Assembly (NCBI GenBank): GCA_903813345.2
Contig: CAIIXF020000001.1
Coordinates: 34,720,001-34,784,000, forward strand
Reading direction: 5' to 3'
DNA length: 64,000 nucleotides
Source of the DNA: Owenia fusiformis
Taxonomy: Eukaryota
Numbering within the stretch: position 1 is the first letter of the stretch; every line of letters starts with the position of its first letter. This document shows, piece by piece, positions 11,047-25,000 of the stretch. The notes beneath the pieces are model-generated. The model saw only the letters and a program-made list of their open reading frames with translations. It did no database searches and was not told where the DNA came from. A program made the translations under genes and the position numbers.

Positions 11047-11550
11047 CTGTAGATTGGGTTAATTTGGCGCCCGCTTTAATTTGGCGAATTTGGCGAAATT
11101 GAAAAATTCGCCAATATAAATCTCCGCCAAAATTTAGAATGAATCCCCGGGAATCATCTAGGGTATTTCGTCCAGTGTATTAAGGTCACTTCCGGTTTAT
11201 TTTTTCCAAAAATATGAAAAAATGTCTCTCATAAATTGGCTCAGAACTGGTCAGTCACTCATTTATACTCAGGGAAAAGTAGCAGCATCGATTGAGGTGT
11301 AAAATGTAAAGGATGATCTCACAAAAATGTACAAACGTGGTGAATATCGCCAGTGGTCCTCAAAAGAAAAAATGAACATAGCCAAACATGCCCATTTAGA
11401 TCTAGATCTACATGGTAATTCGCAAAAAGCGCGTAAGTTTAACATTCCATTAACATTTTTTTGGCATATCCGCCAAATTAAATAGCCGCCAATATGCCAA
11501 AAATGGCAAAATCGCCAAATTAAGTAGCGCCAAATTAACCCAATCTACAG
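11047..11550 (+). mobile_element. TA-flanked pogo/Tc1-mariner-type non-autonomous element with HTH remnant
   Basis: TIR CTGTAGATTGGGTTAATTTGGCGC with TA flanks; internal [34 protein letters not shown]. Second copy at 43038-43543. Confidence 0.85.
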
Positions 11551-13075
11551 TATTTACTATTGGAACTCAGTGTATCACAGACATGCATTTTTGTGTAATA
11601 CCACTCATTACTTCAGTGTGTCCAGGATAATGTTGCAGTATTGTGTAATCAAATAAGCATACAAAATGTTTGTATTGTTTGTATATAATTATTAAACAAT
11701 ATAGTAAACGTGCACAAGAGTTAAAAGGGAGGTTAAAAGCTGCACAATCATCAAAAATTCTTCACACTGCAAGATAATGTGTAGTATGAGTTTTGAGAGG
11801 TCTATTTTAATATAACACCTGTTATTCTTTCAATCATTGGTGTATTCCCATTGTAGAATTTTTGAGTGCTACAGTTATCCACTGAAAATAAAATTACAAA
11901 CAAATCATAAAAGTTTGCTTTATTGTGTAAAGTATGTTAGTGTTTATGTTGAACTATTATGGGATGGATTATAGCTTGACACTACAAAAAAGATTACAGC
12001 CAATGAATCTGGGAATATGCCCTTGTGAATATGCCTTCTGAATGATGTATCTTGAGCAGGGAATATGCTTTTCATTTTAAGATTACATGTATGACATGAA
12101 TGTCACAGACTATTAATTTATATAATGTTAGGAATATGATTGCTGTATTTTACTTTACCATTTATTTCATAAAATGCCAAATCAGATCAAATAATGCTGA
12201 AACTACAGTCAAGATAGAAGAATAATGAAAAAATTAGATTCCAGGTCAACTGAAATTGTTTCACTTTTAAAATGTGTCTAAATAAAGTCTTCAATTGTCC
12301 CAGAAGTGGCATCTCACCTTGTCTCAAATGTGCCCAAAATTCAGAGTTTCAGCTCTTTTTGGTCATAACTCCACATGCATTCCATCAATTTGCTTGAAAC
12401 TGTAAAAGTCTTTTTGGACATAACTCATCAATTTGCTTGAAATTGTACAGGTACCTTAATTCCTAGATTATCAATAATGTAACACAGCTTCAAAATGGCC
12501 GTCACTTTTATTGTGGAAAATTGTGATTAGTCTGCTAAGTATGAGTAAGCTTATTCTTATTATCTTATTTTTAGACCAAACCATTTCACTGCATATGTGC
12601 TTTATATACTTGAAGAATAATCAATGACTTAAACTGACACTGTATCTCTTAGGGTCTGCATCTTTAGTGCAAAATCATGAGATCTAGGATCTCAAGATAT
12701 GTGTTCTGGAGCGTTGAAAGGGGAAATGTCAATAGCAATAAAAATTTATCCTTGTCATATAATATCACTGAATTTAAACTCTAGAGTCGAGTCTAGAGGT
12801 AGATTTTTTTTTTCAATTGTTTTTCTTAAACAGATGTTCAACTCAAAATGAAAAATTGTTACTAAAGTTACCGGTTTACATATCCTATGAATGGAGAAGT
12901 TACCTTAAACTTTTTAAAGTATAAAGGCCCTATGGAATGTTTGAATCATTTTATAGATTATATTGTAGTCCTAGTCCTTGTTAACAAGATTTGATATGGG
13001 AAATTCTCTTTGATTCCAGTAAGTTCTTTTTGAAATACCTCTGTATGGAAATGTTAAAATTATACAAAATAACTC

Positions 13076-13218
13076 AAACAAGGCATTAACATGAAAAATG
13101 TCACAACCTACCATTTGTTACAGATGCCAAACGGTACACCATCCACCGAATGCTGAACACCAACAAAAAGTTGGAGTTACTATAACAATATGTCACCACT
13201 TGTGGTGGTAACATAAAA
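13076..13218 (-). mobile_element. Minimal Helentron-like element (copy of 5797-5928)
   Basis: AACAAGGCATTAACATG..ATGTCAC ... GTGGTGGTAACATA; reverse-complement match to 5797-5928. Confidence 0.6.
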
Positions 13219-13732
13219 ATGATTCTCACATTCTGACTTGATTCTCACAATAAGGCCACAATGAAATTCAACCTTTATTTTAAGGAAAGTCATCTCACTT
13301 TTCTAAAATATATATTTCAAATTGTTCAGTTGTTTCAACATCAATCCTTAAACATAAAAGTTTAAATACCATAAAAATAGTATTATCGCCAGAATATTTT
13401 TAATAGCATTTTTCCATAATAAGATTTACATAGCAGGACAATTTTCATCTACGTATTTATAGATAATAACTAATAATTCTTTAATATAGTATATTTTTTT
13501 ATTTACAACCCACATAATATTTTTACTGCAAACATTGCACTTAAATATAATAACAAAGTAAAAACAATTCATAATCAACATTGCAACTAACCAAATTCGG
13601 CAATTATTGGTTTAATAATCATTTGGCCCAAAATTAGGTTTGGATTTGCAGTATGCATGAAATATAACAACATAAAACCTGTACACAACTGGCTTAAAGT
13701 GTTTCCATAGCAGAGTGGTGTTTCCAAATAGA

Positions 13733-14752
13733 GGTTATGGTAACACTAGAGAGTGCATGATCAAAACAATCTGGGGTTATGGTAACACTAGAGAGTCCAT
13801 GGCCAAAACAATCTGGGATTATGGTAACACTAGAGAGTCCATGGTCAAAACAATCTGGGGTTATGGTAACACAAGAGAGTCCAAGACCAAAACAATCTGG
13901 GGTTATGGTAACACAAGAGAGTCCATGATCAAAACAATCTGGGGTTATGGTAACACTAGAGAGTCCATGGTCAAAACAATCTGGGATTATGGTAACAATA
14001 GAGTCCATGGTCAAAACAATCTGGGATTATGGTAACACTAGAGAGTCCATGGTCAAAACAATCTGGGGTTCCAGATTATTGTATGTACATAACTATAGAG
14101 TCCATGACCAAAACAATCTGGGGTTATGGTAACACAAGAGTCCATGATCAAAACAATCTGGGGTTATGGTAACACTAGAGAGTCCATGACCAAAACAATC
14201 TGGGTTTATGGTAACACTAGAGAGTCCATGGTCAAAACAATCTGGGATTATGGTAACACTAGAGAGTCCATGGTCAAAACAATCTGGGGTTATGGTAACA
14301 AAAGAGAGTCCATGATCAAAACAATCAGGGGTTATGGTAACACTAGAGAGTCCATGGTCAAAACAATCTGGGATTATGGTAACACTAGAGAGTCCATGGT
14401 TAAAACAATCTGGGGTTCCAGATTATATGTACATCACTAGAGAGTCCATGACCAAAACAATCTGGGGTTATGGTAACACAAGAGTCCATGATCAAAACAA
14501 TCTGGGGTTATGGTAAAACAAGAGAGTCCATGATCAAAACAATCTGGGTTTATGGTAACACTAGAGTCCATGATCAAAACAATCTGGGGTTATGGTAACA
14601 CAAGAGTCCATGATCAAAACAATCAGGGGTTATGGTAAAACAAGAGAGTCCATGATCAAAACAATCTGGGGTTATGATAACACTAGAGAGTCCATGATCA
14701 AAACAATCTGGGGTTTTGGTAACCCTAGAGAGTTGATTATCAAAACAATCTG
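13733..14752. repeat. 42-bp minisatellite (~23 copies)
   Basis: Unit GGTTATGGTAACACTAGAGAGTCCATGRTCAAAACAATCTGG, with two near-identical interruptions near 14070 and 14416. Confidence 0.95.
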
Positions 14753-14818
14753 AGATAAAAAGATAATGTTGATGGTATTAATTCTACATTAAATAAAGAA
14801 CTGTTCACAAACACCAAG

Positions 14819-14824
14819 TTTATT
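14819..14824 (-). terminator. Candidate FAM91A1 polyadenylation signal
   Basis: AATAAA on the minus strand ~1.1 kb after the stop, just before the minisatellite; unverified. Confidence 0.2.
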
Positions 14825-15781
14825 TTACTGTACCATACATGCTTTTTTAACATGCAATCCCTACGCTCCCCTTAAGTTTGAAATCCCCAACACACCATGA
14901 TTAGATTATGAGTTTAACATGCTATCCAATGATGAGTCTGTGTTGTTAAACTTTTAGAATAGAACTGTATATGTGGATAGTAACAGTTTCTGTAATGTAG
15001 AAGTTCAACTGAAAGGAGATGTTTGCATGGAATTGAACTAATATATATTTGGTAAAATGTTTAATATCTACATGTATAGTTACATAGTGATTGGACAGAC
15101 ATGTATTTTTACATGTATTTTGTGGTATGTTTACATGGATATTTAGTTATTAAAGTTTATGTCAACAGTGCAAGGTAACAAATTAAAGTTCCCATTCCTA
15201 ATGAATTATGATGCATCAAAATGAAATATGGCAAAAGAGAGACTACATTCATGTAATTACATGTACAAGTAGATAGAATATGAACCTTTGTATTATTGAG
15301 GTACTCAGGTATGGATTTAAAGGATATGTTAGGCTTATATATAGACTTGAAGCAATTCTTTCTGATATGCATTTTATCATAACTTAGGGACATTCCTGTA
15401 CATTTGACACTTTCTACACACAATCACTTTTGTTTAATAGATGCATGATAAAACCATTTCATTAACACCAAAAACATAAGGATCAATTTTCTAGCATGCC
15501 ATTTTAAGGTTGGGGATAGGTTGCTTGTACATTTTTAAACAAATTGAATTAAGTGTACTAGTGTGAAATGTTTGAGATGACCCCTAACTGCGTCATCTTT
15601 GATTAATATCAACACAATTTCATACAAATCTAAACTCTACATTGGCAATTTGTGTAGAATTCTGAAAATTTCATATTGGTTTTGAAGCTAACAGAAAGAG
15701 AAACCTTCCGTATGTGTCTATAAAAAGTTGCTTCATTAGTAGGCCCACAAGGTTGGATCAAGATATGTTGATTGAAAGACA

Positions 15782-15850
15782 TTAGTGCCCATCCCAAGCT
15801 GAGAGTCCTCTCTTCTAAAGGCAGAGTCATTAGCTCAGAGAGCGACCCCC
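15782..15850 (-). pseudogene. Decayed duplicate of the FAM91A1 terminal coding segment
   Basis: GGG GTC GCT CTC TGA GCT AAT GAC TCT GCC..CTC TCA GCT TGG GAT GGG CAC TAA versus the true exon GAA GTC CCT CTA CCA GCT AAT AAC CTT GCC..CTC TCA GTT TGG GAT GGT CAT TAA. Confidence 0.75.
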
Positions 15851-15923
15851 TGTTTAGTACATCTATAAAGAGGTGGCCACAGGAAGGCCAGGATATGTAG
15901 ATAGACTAGAGCTCATATAGATA

Positions 15924-16040
15924 TTAATGACCATCCCAAACTGAGAGTTCTCCCTTGTAGAAGGCAAGGTTATTAGCTGGTAGAGGGACTTCTCTGGATT
16001 CTCCTGGCATGTGACCATTATCCTCTAAAACATCCCCTTT
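15924..16040 (-). CDS. FAM91A1: FAM91A1 terminal exon
   Basis: ttcag|[38 protein letters not shown]. Confidence 0.85.
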   Translation of the reverse strand, partial: KGDVLEDNGHMPGESREVPLPANNLAFYKGELSVWDGH

Positions 16041-19000
16041 CTGAAATAATGGATGAAATACTATATTCAAGCATGAAATTTTCAAGCAAGTCATTCAGTG
16101 CAAATGCGATTCTTTCATTCTCTCTTGCAGATGTTTAATTTCCCAAAATTTTGAGCTACATTAATAACCAGATTTGTTAACAAGGATCTGCAGATAAGAG
16201 AGATTATAAGGAATACAGTAAACAAACTGCTTCATAAATATGATGAAATATAATATGAACAAATGATGTAGAAGAATACAAAAGTTATTACTCAGTAGTA
16301 CAGTATCAGTTCAAAATCCTATATGTTACAATGCAACAAACTTATACAGTTTCTTTCTATGTATGGTTTTATTTATTTAACTTGAGGCAGACATACCTGA
16401 TGTTCTGATATGAAGGAGAGCAGATTTAGAGAGAGAGTCCGGCTGGATTGAAGCAATTTTTCCAAACTATAAAAAAGATTAAACAATATAGGGCAAATAG
16501 GTTTGACCAGATAAAGAATGCTTTTTTCATGAAACTGTTTTCAAGAGAATATTCTCAGGATCACAAATACTATGTATGACATGCTTTCTAGGGTTCCTGA
16601 AGAGTTCATTCAAATAAGGAAAGTTGCCACTCAATAAAATGTAAAATATATTTTATAAAATAGTACCCTGGGTACTGGGCTCACATGGTATTGCTCAAAA
16701 GTGAATGATGGCTAAAATGACAGAAAATAAAAAAATATATATATTATTTTTTGCTGATTTTTTGTAACAAAATTATTTCAAGCCACTTGCCACTATTTTG
16801 GACTGACTGAGACAGATGGACAAATTGATGTTAAGTAAAATGGCTGAAAAAAAAACAGATATAATTTTTTGCCAATTATTTGTAACAAAATTATTTCATA
16901 CAACTACTCTTTACAGTGACATGGCTTTTTGCAATGCAGGACACCTGAAATTATTTGTAAAGCTAGGAAATGGGCCAAAATTGAATTTCGAAAGACAAAA
17001 ATGGCGACCATTTTGAAAATAGGCAATCTTTTGAACCAGGAGTCATAGGGGAGTTTTTTGTATTGATGTTGAACAAAATTAACTTATAACGGGAATCCTA
17101 TCGGCAGAGGGTTTACGGCAAATGGTCCAAAAGTGAATTTTGCGAGACAGATGGACAAATCAATGTTAACTAAAATGGCTGAAAATAGAACAATGGATAA
17201 AATTTTTTGCTGATTTCTCGTAGCAAGATTATTCCATACATCTACACTTTACATTGACATGGATATTAACAATGTAGGACACTTCAAATTATTTGTAAAG
17301 CTAGGAAATGGGTCAAAAGTGAATTTTGTGAGACAAAAATGGCGGCCACTTTGAAAATAGGCGAGCTTTTGAACCAGGGTTTATAGGGGAGTTTTCTGTA
17401 TTGATGTTGAACAGAAATAACTTAAAACAGGAATCCTATCGACAGAGGTTTTAAAACGTGCCACTGTTGTTGACGGAAAAGTGCATTTCGCGAGTCAGAT
17501 GGACAAATCAATGTTAAGTAAAATGGCGGAAAATAAAAAAATGGATATAATTTTTTGCCGATTTTTTGTAACAAAATGATTTCAAATATCTACTCTTTAC
17601 ATTGACATGGATTTTTACAATGTAGGACACCTGAAATTATTTGTAAAGCTAGGAAATGGGTCAAAAGTGAATTTCGCGCGACAAAAATGGTGGCCATTTT
17701 GAAAATAGGCGAGCTTTTGAACCAGAAGTCATAGGGGAGTTTTCTGTATTGATGTTGAACAGAAATAACTTAAAACAGGAATCCTATCGACAGAGCTTTT
17801 AAAACGTGCCACTATTGTTGACGGACGGACGCACGCACGCACCTACAGACGGACAAGTGAGTGAGAGGTAAAGACAAATGAGTTTTAAAAATATGTATGC
17901 CTTTTACTCAGTTGATCAAGTTACTACATAATGGCCTAAACATGATTTAAAGATAAGTGAGCGTGAGGCAAGTTTTAAAAATATGAAGTGAATTTTGTTT
18001 CGACAGTTTCAGTTTAAAAAATCAACAGAAAAAGATTGTTTCTGAAAAATGTTCACTCCTCTCAGGCCCGTAGCCAGGATTTGCCAAGGGGGGTTCAATT
18101 TTCAAAAACTTCCAGGGGGGTTCACATTTGACAATTTTGGCCCAAATACGGCTAAAATCACTTGAGAAGTGCTCAAAATGGTGAAAAACTGCATGATTTT
18201 GAAAGATTTTTGGCCGGGGGGGGGGGGGTTTGCCCGAACCCTGCAAACGCCCTGACTAGGGGCCTGCCTCTGTCACAATAATGACAGAACTTATTTTTCT
18301 ATCAAATTCCCCAAATTTCTATCAAATTCTCACCTGTTTTCCCTACAAAGACCATGTGCAGCTATCCTCTCACACACTTGTTTATTTACACAACTATCAA
18401 ACAGAGGCAGACCAAAGCTACAGTCTAGTAATGTCCAATCTGCCTGATCTGAGTCCTTTGCTAAGCCTGTCTCCTCTCCTATATCTAAACTAAAGTCTGC
18501 TTTGTTCATAGGTGTTTCCTGTTTTGAGGGTGGTGCATCACCCGCTCCACCCCCTCTCTCATTTGTAGAGTCATTAACAGAGTCTATTTCAAGCGCTAGT
18601 ACTTTAGCTGAGTCATGATCCTTTAAGCCATTCTTGGGCTGGCTATCTGAGCTTCTGGATCTGTTTGATGTGCGTGGATTGATGTTCTCCCCTGACTTGC
18701 CTGTCCGTAGTAGGGTAATGAAGCCACAAGAGTGGGCTAGGTCTAGAGAGTTAGAGAGGTCTTGTATTGCACTGTGTTCAGGGGGATTCCAAGTCAGATA
18801 GGCACCTGAAAGACAGAGTATGCTTGACCAAAGGAAGAAATAAGTCAAATCTGCAAATTATTACTTCAAAAAGACATAATGTAGAAGATATCTCATGACG
18901 TCATATATTATTCATAGAAAATATATTTCAGAATTTGTCCTATAGTGAATTCAAAATGCTTGTAAACTTGATCTATCTTTAATACCAAAGAAATGATGTT

Positions 19001-22000
19001 TTACTGGATATCTAAAGGAAGCAAGATGGTCAATGTTTTGTACATTATACATTCACCAAAAACAACTGAGAAATCAGATTATCAGCCTGTGGATTGAGAT
19101 TGCTCACACTTTCCCTGTGCCACTGAGAAGATTGAATTGCAAACAATTGTGCCCATTCATACATGTTTATAACTTTCACATACCGGATTTATCTTGTTTG
19201 TTGATTGGAAATGGCACAAATATAGTTTCACCATCACTTTGCCAGCCATGGGCCTGAAATGTACATGTTAAACATAATCAAAATAACAATAGGAAGGAAT
19301 ATTTTTACAAAACTTGGACCTACGTATGAAAATATTGAGGTTGATGATCTTTGGTTGAAATAATCTTGTGCAATGTAAATAAACTAGTGCTGCCATCTTT
19401 TACCATTAAAGAATACATTTTATAATATTTTGAATGGTGATTTTTGCAATTAAGAATGTTTTTATTATCCAGGACAAAAAGTTAAATCAATGCAGTTAAA
19501 TATTTAGTACATGTACCACTACTATGCCAAGACCCTGTATGTATTCCCTCCACATTCCTTCTTTAGTGCAGGTTGAGAGGGAATGGAGGTTGGAGGGTTT
19601 AGACAAGACATGTCCCTTGCTTTAGATTCTCTTTGAGGTCAATAGTAAGTTAATCACAAGAACACAAATGTGTACAAAATGCCCCCACCAATGGTTATCC
19701 CGTCAAATGGTTATCCTGAAAATGAGTAGACAAGACTTTACCAACACAATTTGAGGACGGAAAGTCCAAAATGGCCACCTTAAAATTTACCCAGAATGCC
19801 AAAAATTTTGTCAGTTCTAGATTTTCATACTAAGAACCACCCCTGAAAATTTGAAATTGATCCGTCACACAGTTAACCAGAAAACATGTGAACAAGACTT
19901 TACAGACAAGATTTTAGGATGGAAAATCAAAAATGGCTGCCTTGACATTTACCCAGAATGTCAAAAAACGAATCTGTTTCTAGATTTTCATACTAAGAAT
20001 CATCCCTGAAAATATGAAATCGATCTACCAAACGGTTTACTTGAAAACACGTAGACAAGACTTTACAGACAAGATTTTCGGACAGAAAATCCAAAATGGC
20101 TGCCTTGACATTTAAGCAGAATGCAAAAAAACTAATCAGATGTAGATTTTCATCCTAAGAATCATCCCTGAAAATTTGAAATTGCTCTATCAAACAGTTC
20201 TGCTTAAACGTGTAGACAAGACTTGACAGGCAAGATTTTAAGACGGAAAATCCAAAATGGCTGCCTTGACATTTATCCAGAATGCCAAAAAACTAATCAG
20301 ATCTAGATTTTCATACTAAGAATCATTCCTGAAAATTTGAAATTGACCTACAGAACGGTTCACCTGGAAATGCGTAGACAAGACTTTACAGACAAGATTT
20401 TAGGACGGAAAATCCAAAATGGCTGCCTTGACATTTACCAAGAATGCCAAAAAACTAAACAGATCTAAAATTTTATACTAAGAATCATCCCTGAAAATTT
20501 GAAATTGATCCACCAAACGGTTCACCTGAAAATGCGCAGACAAGACTTCACAGACAAGATTTTAGGACGGAAAAATCCATAATGGCTGACAATAAAAAAG
20601 TGATTATGAGTTTTTGCTGATTTTTTTTTACAAAATTATAACATATAACTACTGTTAACAATAACATAGGCTTTTACAACAACATACATCTGAAATTATT
20701 TATAAAGCTACTAAATAGTTAAAGTATGAAAATTCAAAAACACCATTCAATGTGATACAAAGTATTATCGCTCGCTAACTTTTCTTAAGACATTCAAAAT
20801 GGCTGACATGACTGAGCTAACAGGTCCAAAACCTAATCAGATCTAGAATGAAGTGAGCTGAACAAGATGTTAAAGTTTTAAAAGCAACTGTGAAGCCGTT
20901 TTTCTTAAAGTTTGTAGACAAGGATTTTAGCATTTGACTTCAAAATGGCCGACAGGAAGTAGGTTTCGAGTTAAATTTTTTTCATCCACATCTATATCCG
21001 TATATGCACTCATAAGTTATCCATGAAAATTTGAAGGTGATATATGTAGCAGTTTTGGAGAAAACTCCCGGACGTGAGGACGGACAGACAGATGGACGCG
21101 CCTAGGCCGACAATATGGCCCCACACTATGTGGTGGGGACATAATAAAAGTACAACAGTAACCCATTTCTGGTGAACTGATTTAGCAACTTATTTTATAT
21201 AGAACCATACATGGACCCACCTGGACTAAGACTGCAGAATGAGACAAGGCATCGTTGAGTGTTAAAAGAATGTTTGAAGTAGGAATTACCCCTGGGTCAT
21301 GCCCCCAGGTAGTCACCAATAATCTGTCATAATCGTGAAACATACGTGGTAGACGCCTCAATTTTGTACCCTTGGAAAGCATCAGTGAGGCTGGCCCACT
21401 GCCTGTAGTGTGGTATGCATACATCTTAAACCACATACTGTTAACCTCTGGGATTGCTGGCCCAATGTGCTGTGGAGTACAGCTACTGATTGGCCTGACT
21501 TCATTACTTAAAGGAGCCATTGAGAAAAGAAGACTGTAGTTTTTGTTGAGTACCCTAGAACATGTGGCTGGATCGAGCCCTAGGAGGCTCTCACAGCGCA
21601 GTAGATCAATCCCCAGTCCCGTACCCTCTCCATCAACGCTTAGATCTTTATTGAAGCGCAGGAATTTGATGGTGTCACGTAGAGTGATTGCGTGGTCAAA
21701 GTAACGTTGGGCTTCCCCCTCAGCCACTGAGTCCACCTTGTCTAATTCTGATATGAAGCTCTCCAGTGATTCATCACTTAATTTGCCAACCTCAAACATC
21801 GTAACTGCATGGCTCTTGAGACCCTGAAAATAACAAACATTATTACTGCATGGTTCATGAGATGTGGAAGGAACAAACAAAATGGAAAAGTATAAATACA
21901 ACCATTGTCTAGTTGAAAGCCCATCATACAACTCAAAATATTTTTCAAAATTATTAATAAATACATGATCATCTAGAAAAAATTAGTACCATGGGTACTG

Positions 22001-25000
22001 GGCTCACATGGTAACAGAAAACAACGGATATAATATTTTGCCGATTTTTTGTTACAAAATTATTTCAAGCCATCTGTCTCTCAGTCAATTAAAATGGCTG
22101 AAAAAAAACGGATATAATTTTTTGCCAATAATTTGTAACAAAATTATTTCATACAACTATTCTTTACAGTGACATGGCTTTTTGCAATGCAAGACACCTG
22201 AAATTATTTGTAAAGCTAGGAAATGGGCCAAAATTGAATTTCGCGAGACAAAAATGGCGACCATTTTGAAATCAGGCAAGCTTTTGAACCAGGAGTCATA
22301 GGGGAGTTTTTTGTATTGATGTTGAACAAAAATAACTTGAAACTGGAATCCTATCGACAGAGGTTTTAAGCAAATGGTCCAAAAGAGGATTTCGCGAGAC
22401 AGATGGACAAATCAATGTTAACTAAAATGGCTGAAAATAAAAAAAACGGATATAATATTTTGTCGATTTTTTGTAACAAAATTATTTCATACAACTACCT
22501 TTTACAGTGACATGGCTTTTTACAATGCAGGACAGCTGAAATTATTTGTAAAGCTAGGAACTTGGCAAAAAGTGAATTTCGCGAAACAAGAATGGCAACC
22601 ATTTTGAAAATAGGCGAGCTTTTGAACCAAGAGTCATAGGAGAGTTTTTTGTATTGATGTTGAACAAAATTAACTTAAAATGGGAATCCTATCGACAGAG
22701 GGTTTAAGGTAAATGGTCCAAAAGTGGATTTTGCGAGACAGATGGACAAATCAATGTTAACTAAAATGGCTGAAAATAAATAAATGTATATAATTTTTCG
22801 CTGATTTTTCATAACAAAATTATTTCATACATCTACTCTTTACATTGACATGGATTTTTACAATGTAGGACACTTGAAATTATTTGCAAAGCTAGGAAAT
22901 GGGTCAAAAGTGAATTTCGCGAGACAAAAATGGTGGCCATTTTGAAAATAGGCGAGCTTTTGAACCAGGAGTCATAGGGGAGTTTTCTGAATTGATGTTG
23001 AACAGAAATAACTTAAAACAGGAATCTTATCGACAGAGGTTTTAAAACGTGCCACAGAAAGTGGATTTCGCGAGTCAGATAGACAAATCAATGTTAACTA
23101 AAATGGCTGAAAATAAAAAAATGGATACAATTTTTCGCTGATTTTTTGTAACAAAATTATTTCATATATCTATCCTTTACATTGACATGGATTTTTACAA
23201 TGTAGGACACCTGATTTGTAAAGCTAGGAAATGGGTCAAAAGTGAATTTCGCGAGACAAAAGTGACGGCCATTTTGAAAAAAGCCGAGCTTTTGAACCAA
23301 GAGTCATAGGAGAGTTTTTTGTATTGATGTTGAACAAAAATAACTTAAAATGGGAATCCTATCGACAGAGGGTTTAAGGTAAATGGTCCAAAAGTGAATT
23401 TTGCGAGACAGATGGACAAATCAATGTTAACTAAAATGGCTGAAAATAAATAAATGGATATAATTTTTCGCTGATTTTTCGTAACAAAATTATTTCATAC
23501 ATCTACTCTTTACTTTGCAATGGATTTCTACAATTTAGGACACTTGAAATTATTTGTAAAGCTAGGAAATGGGTCAAAAGTGAATTTCGCGAGACAAAAA
23601 TGGTGGCCATTTTGAAAATAGGCGAGCTTTTGAACCAGGAGTCATAGGGGAGTTTTCTGAATTCATGTTGAACAGAAATAACTTAAAACAGGAATCCTAT
23701 CGACAGAGGTTTTAAAACGTGCCACTGTTATTGACAGAAAGTGGATTTCGCGAGTCAGATAGACAAATCAATGTTAACTAAAATGGCTGAAAATAAAAAA
23801 AATGGATACAATTTTTCGCTGATTTTTTGTAACAAAATTATTTCATATATCTAATCTTCACACTGACATGGATTTTTACAATGTAGGACACCTGAAATTA
23901 TTTGTAAAGCTAGGAAATGGGCCAAAAGTGAATTTCGCGAGACAAAAGTGACCGCCATTTTGAAAATAGGTGAGCTTTTGAACCAGGAGTCATAGGGGGG
24001 TTTTCTGTATTGATGTTGAACAGAAATAACTCAAAACAGGAATCCTATCGACAGAGGTTAGCTAGGAAATGGGCTAAAAGTGAATTTCGCGAGACAAAAG
24101 TGACGGCCATTTTGAAAATAGGCGAGCTTTTGAACCAGGAGTCATAGAGGGGTTTTCTGTATTGATGTTGAACAGAAATAACTTAAAACAGGAATCCTAT
24201 CGACAGAGGTTTTAAAACGTGCCACTATTGTTGACGGACGGACGGATGGACGGACGGACGGACGGACGGACGGACGGACAGACGGACGGACAGACAGACG
24301 GACAAGTGAGTGATTGCAAAAGCTCACCATGTGAGCTAAAAACACTTTAAATTACTTTACAAACCTAAAGTGTCAATTGAGTATTATAATGATTCAATGT
24401 TTCTTACTGGTGAGAGGTTGCCCATCATGAGGAAAGCTGTCAATGTGGAGTCAAACAGGAATGCTATCCTTTTAGAATGCCCTATAGTACTGGACTCTGA
24501 AACAAAATAGATCGATACAATGGTCTGTTTTTTCAGTCTGAAGAAAATCTTAAGTTGCTTATAATGCTTGAAACAAAGTCATTTAAAGTGGAATATCTGA
24601 ATAAATTCTATGAATAAACAAGACACGCCGTGATAACTATTGCACTTTGAAGACCAAAATAACTGCAAAGTAATTTACACAGCAAGCCCAAAACCTAATC
24701 AAATCGTGTTACTAGTCCTCTCTTTCATCTGTTCAATTTCAAATTGAATAAATATGTGACTTTCCTGAAATATTGATGACAAGATTAACATTGCACCTGC
24801 CTGCCCACTCCAGATGCCCCAGCACTTATTAGCACAAGATGACGACAATGTGGCATTTTGATAAAGTGTAACAAGAACACAAATGTGTACAAAATGTCCC
24901 CACCTATGGGTGATCCCGTCAAATGGTTATCCTAAAAATGAGTAGACAAGACTTTACCGACACAATTTGAGGACGGAAAATCCAAAATGGCCACCTTAAA

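Noticed and set aside
13694..14516. Repetitive ORFs (KTIWGYGNTRESM) and a CRISPR-like appearance
   Set aside because: Head-to-tail 42-bp units with no unique spacers or cas genes; 40-bp variants break the frame.
21824..21931. N-terminal extensions of ORFs 21182-21931 and 18330-18848, and C-terminal extension of 58874-59287
   Set aside because: Intronic read-through beyond clear splice sites; no FAM91A1 similarity.
24142..24345. VRPS/DGRT-repeat ORFs (also 9385, 26899, 37273, 54299, 63399-63794)
   Set aside because: Translations of the GTCY microsatellite in Helentron-like elements.
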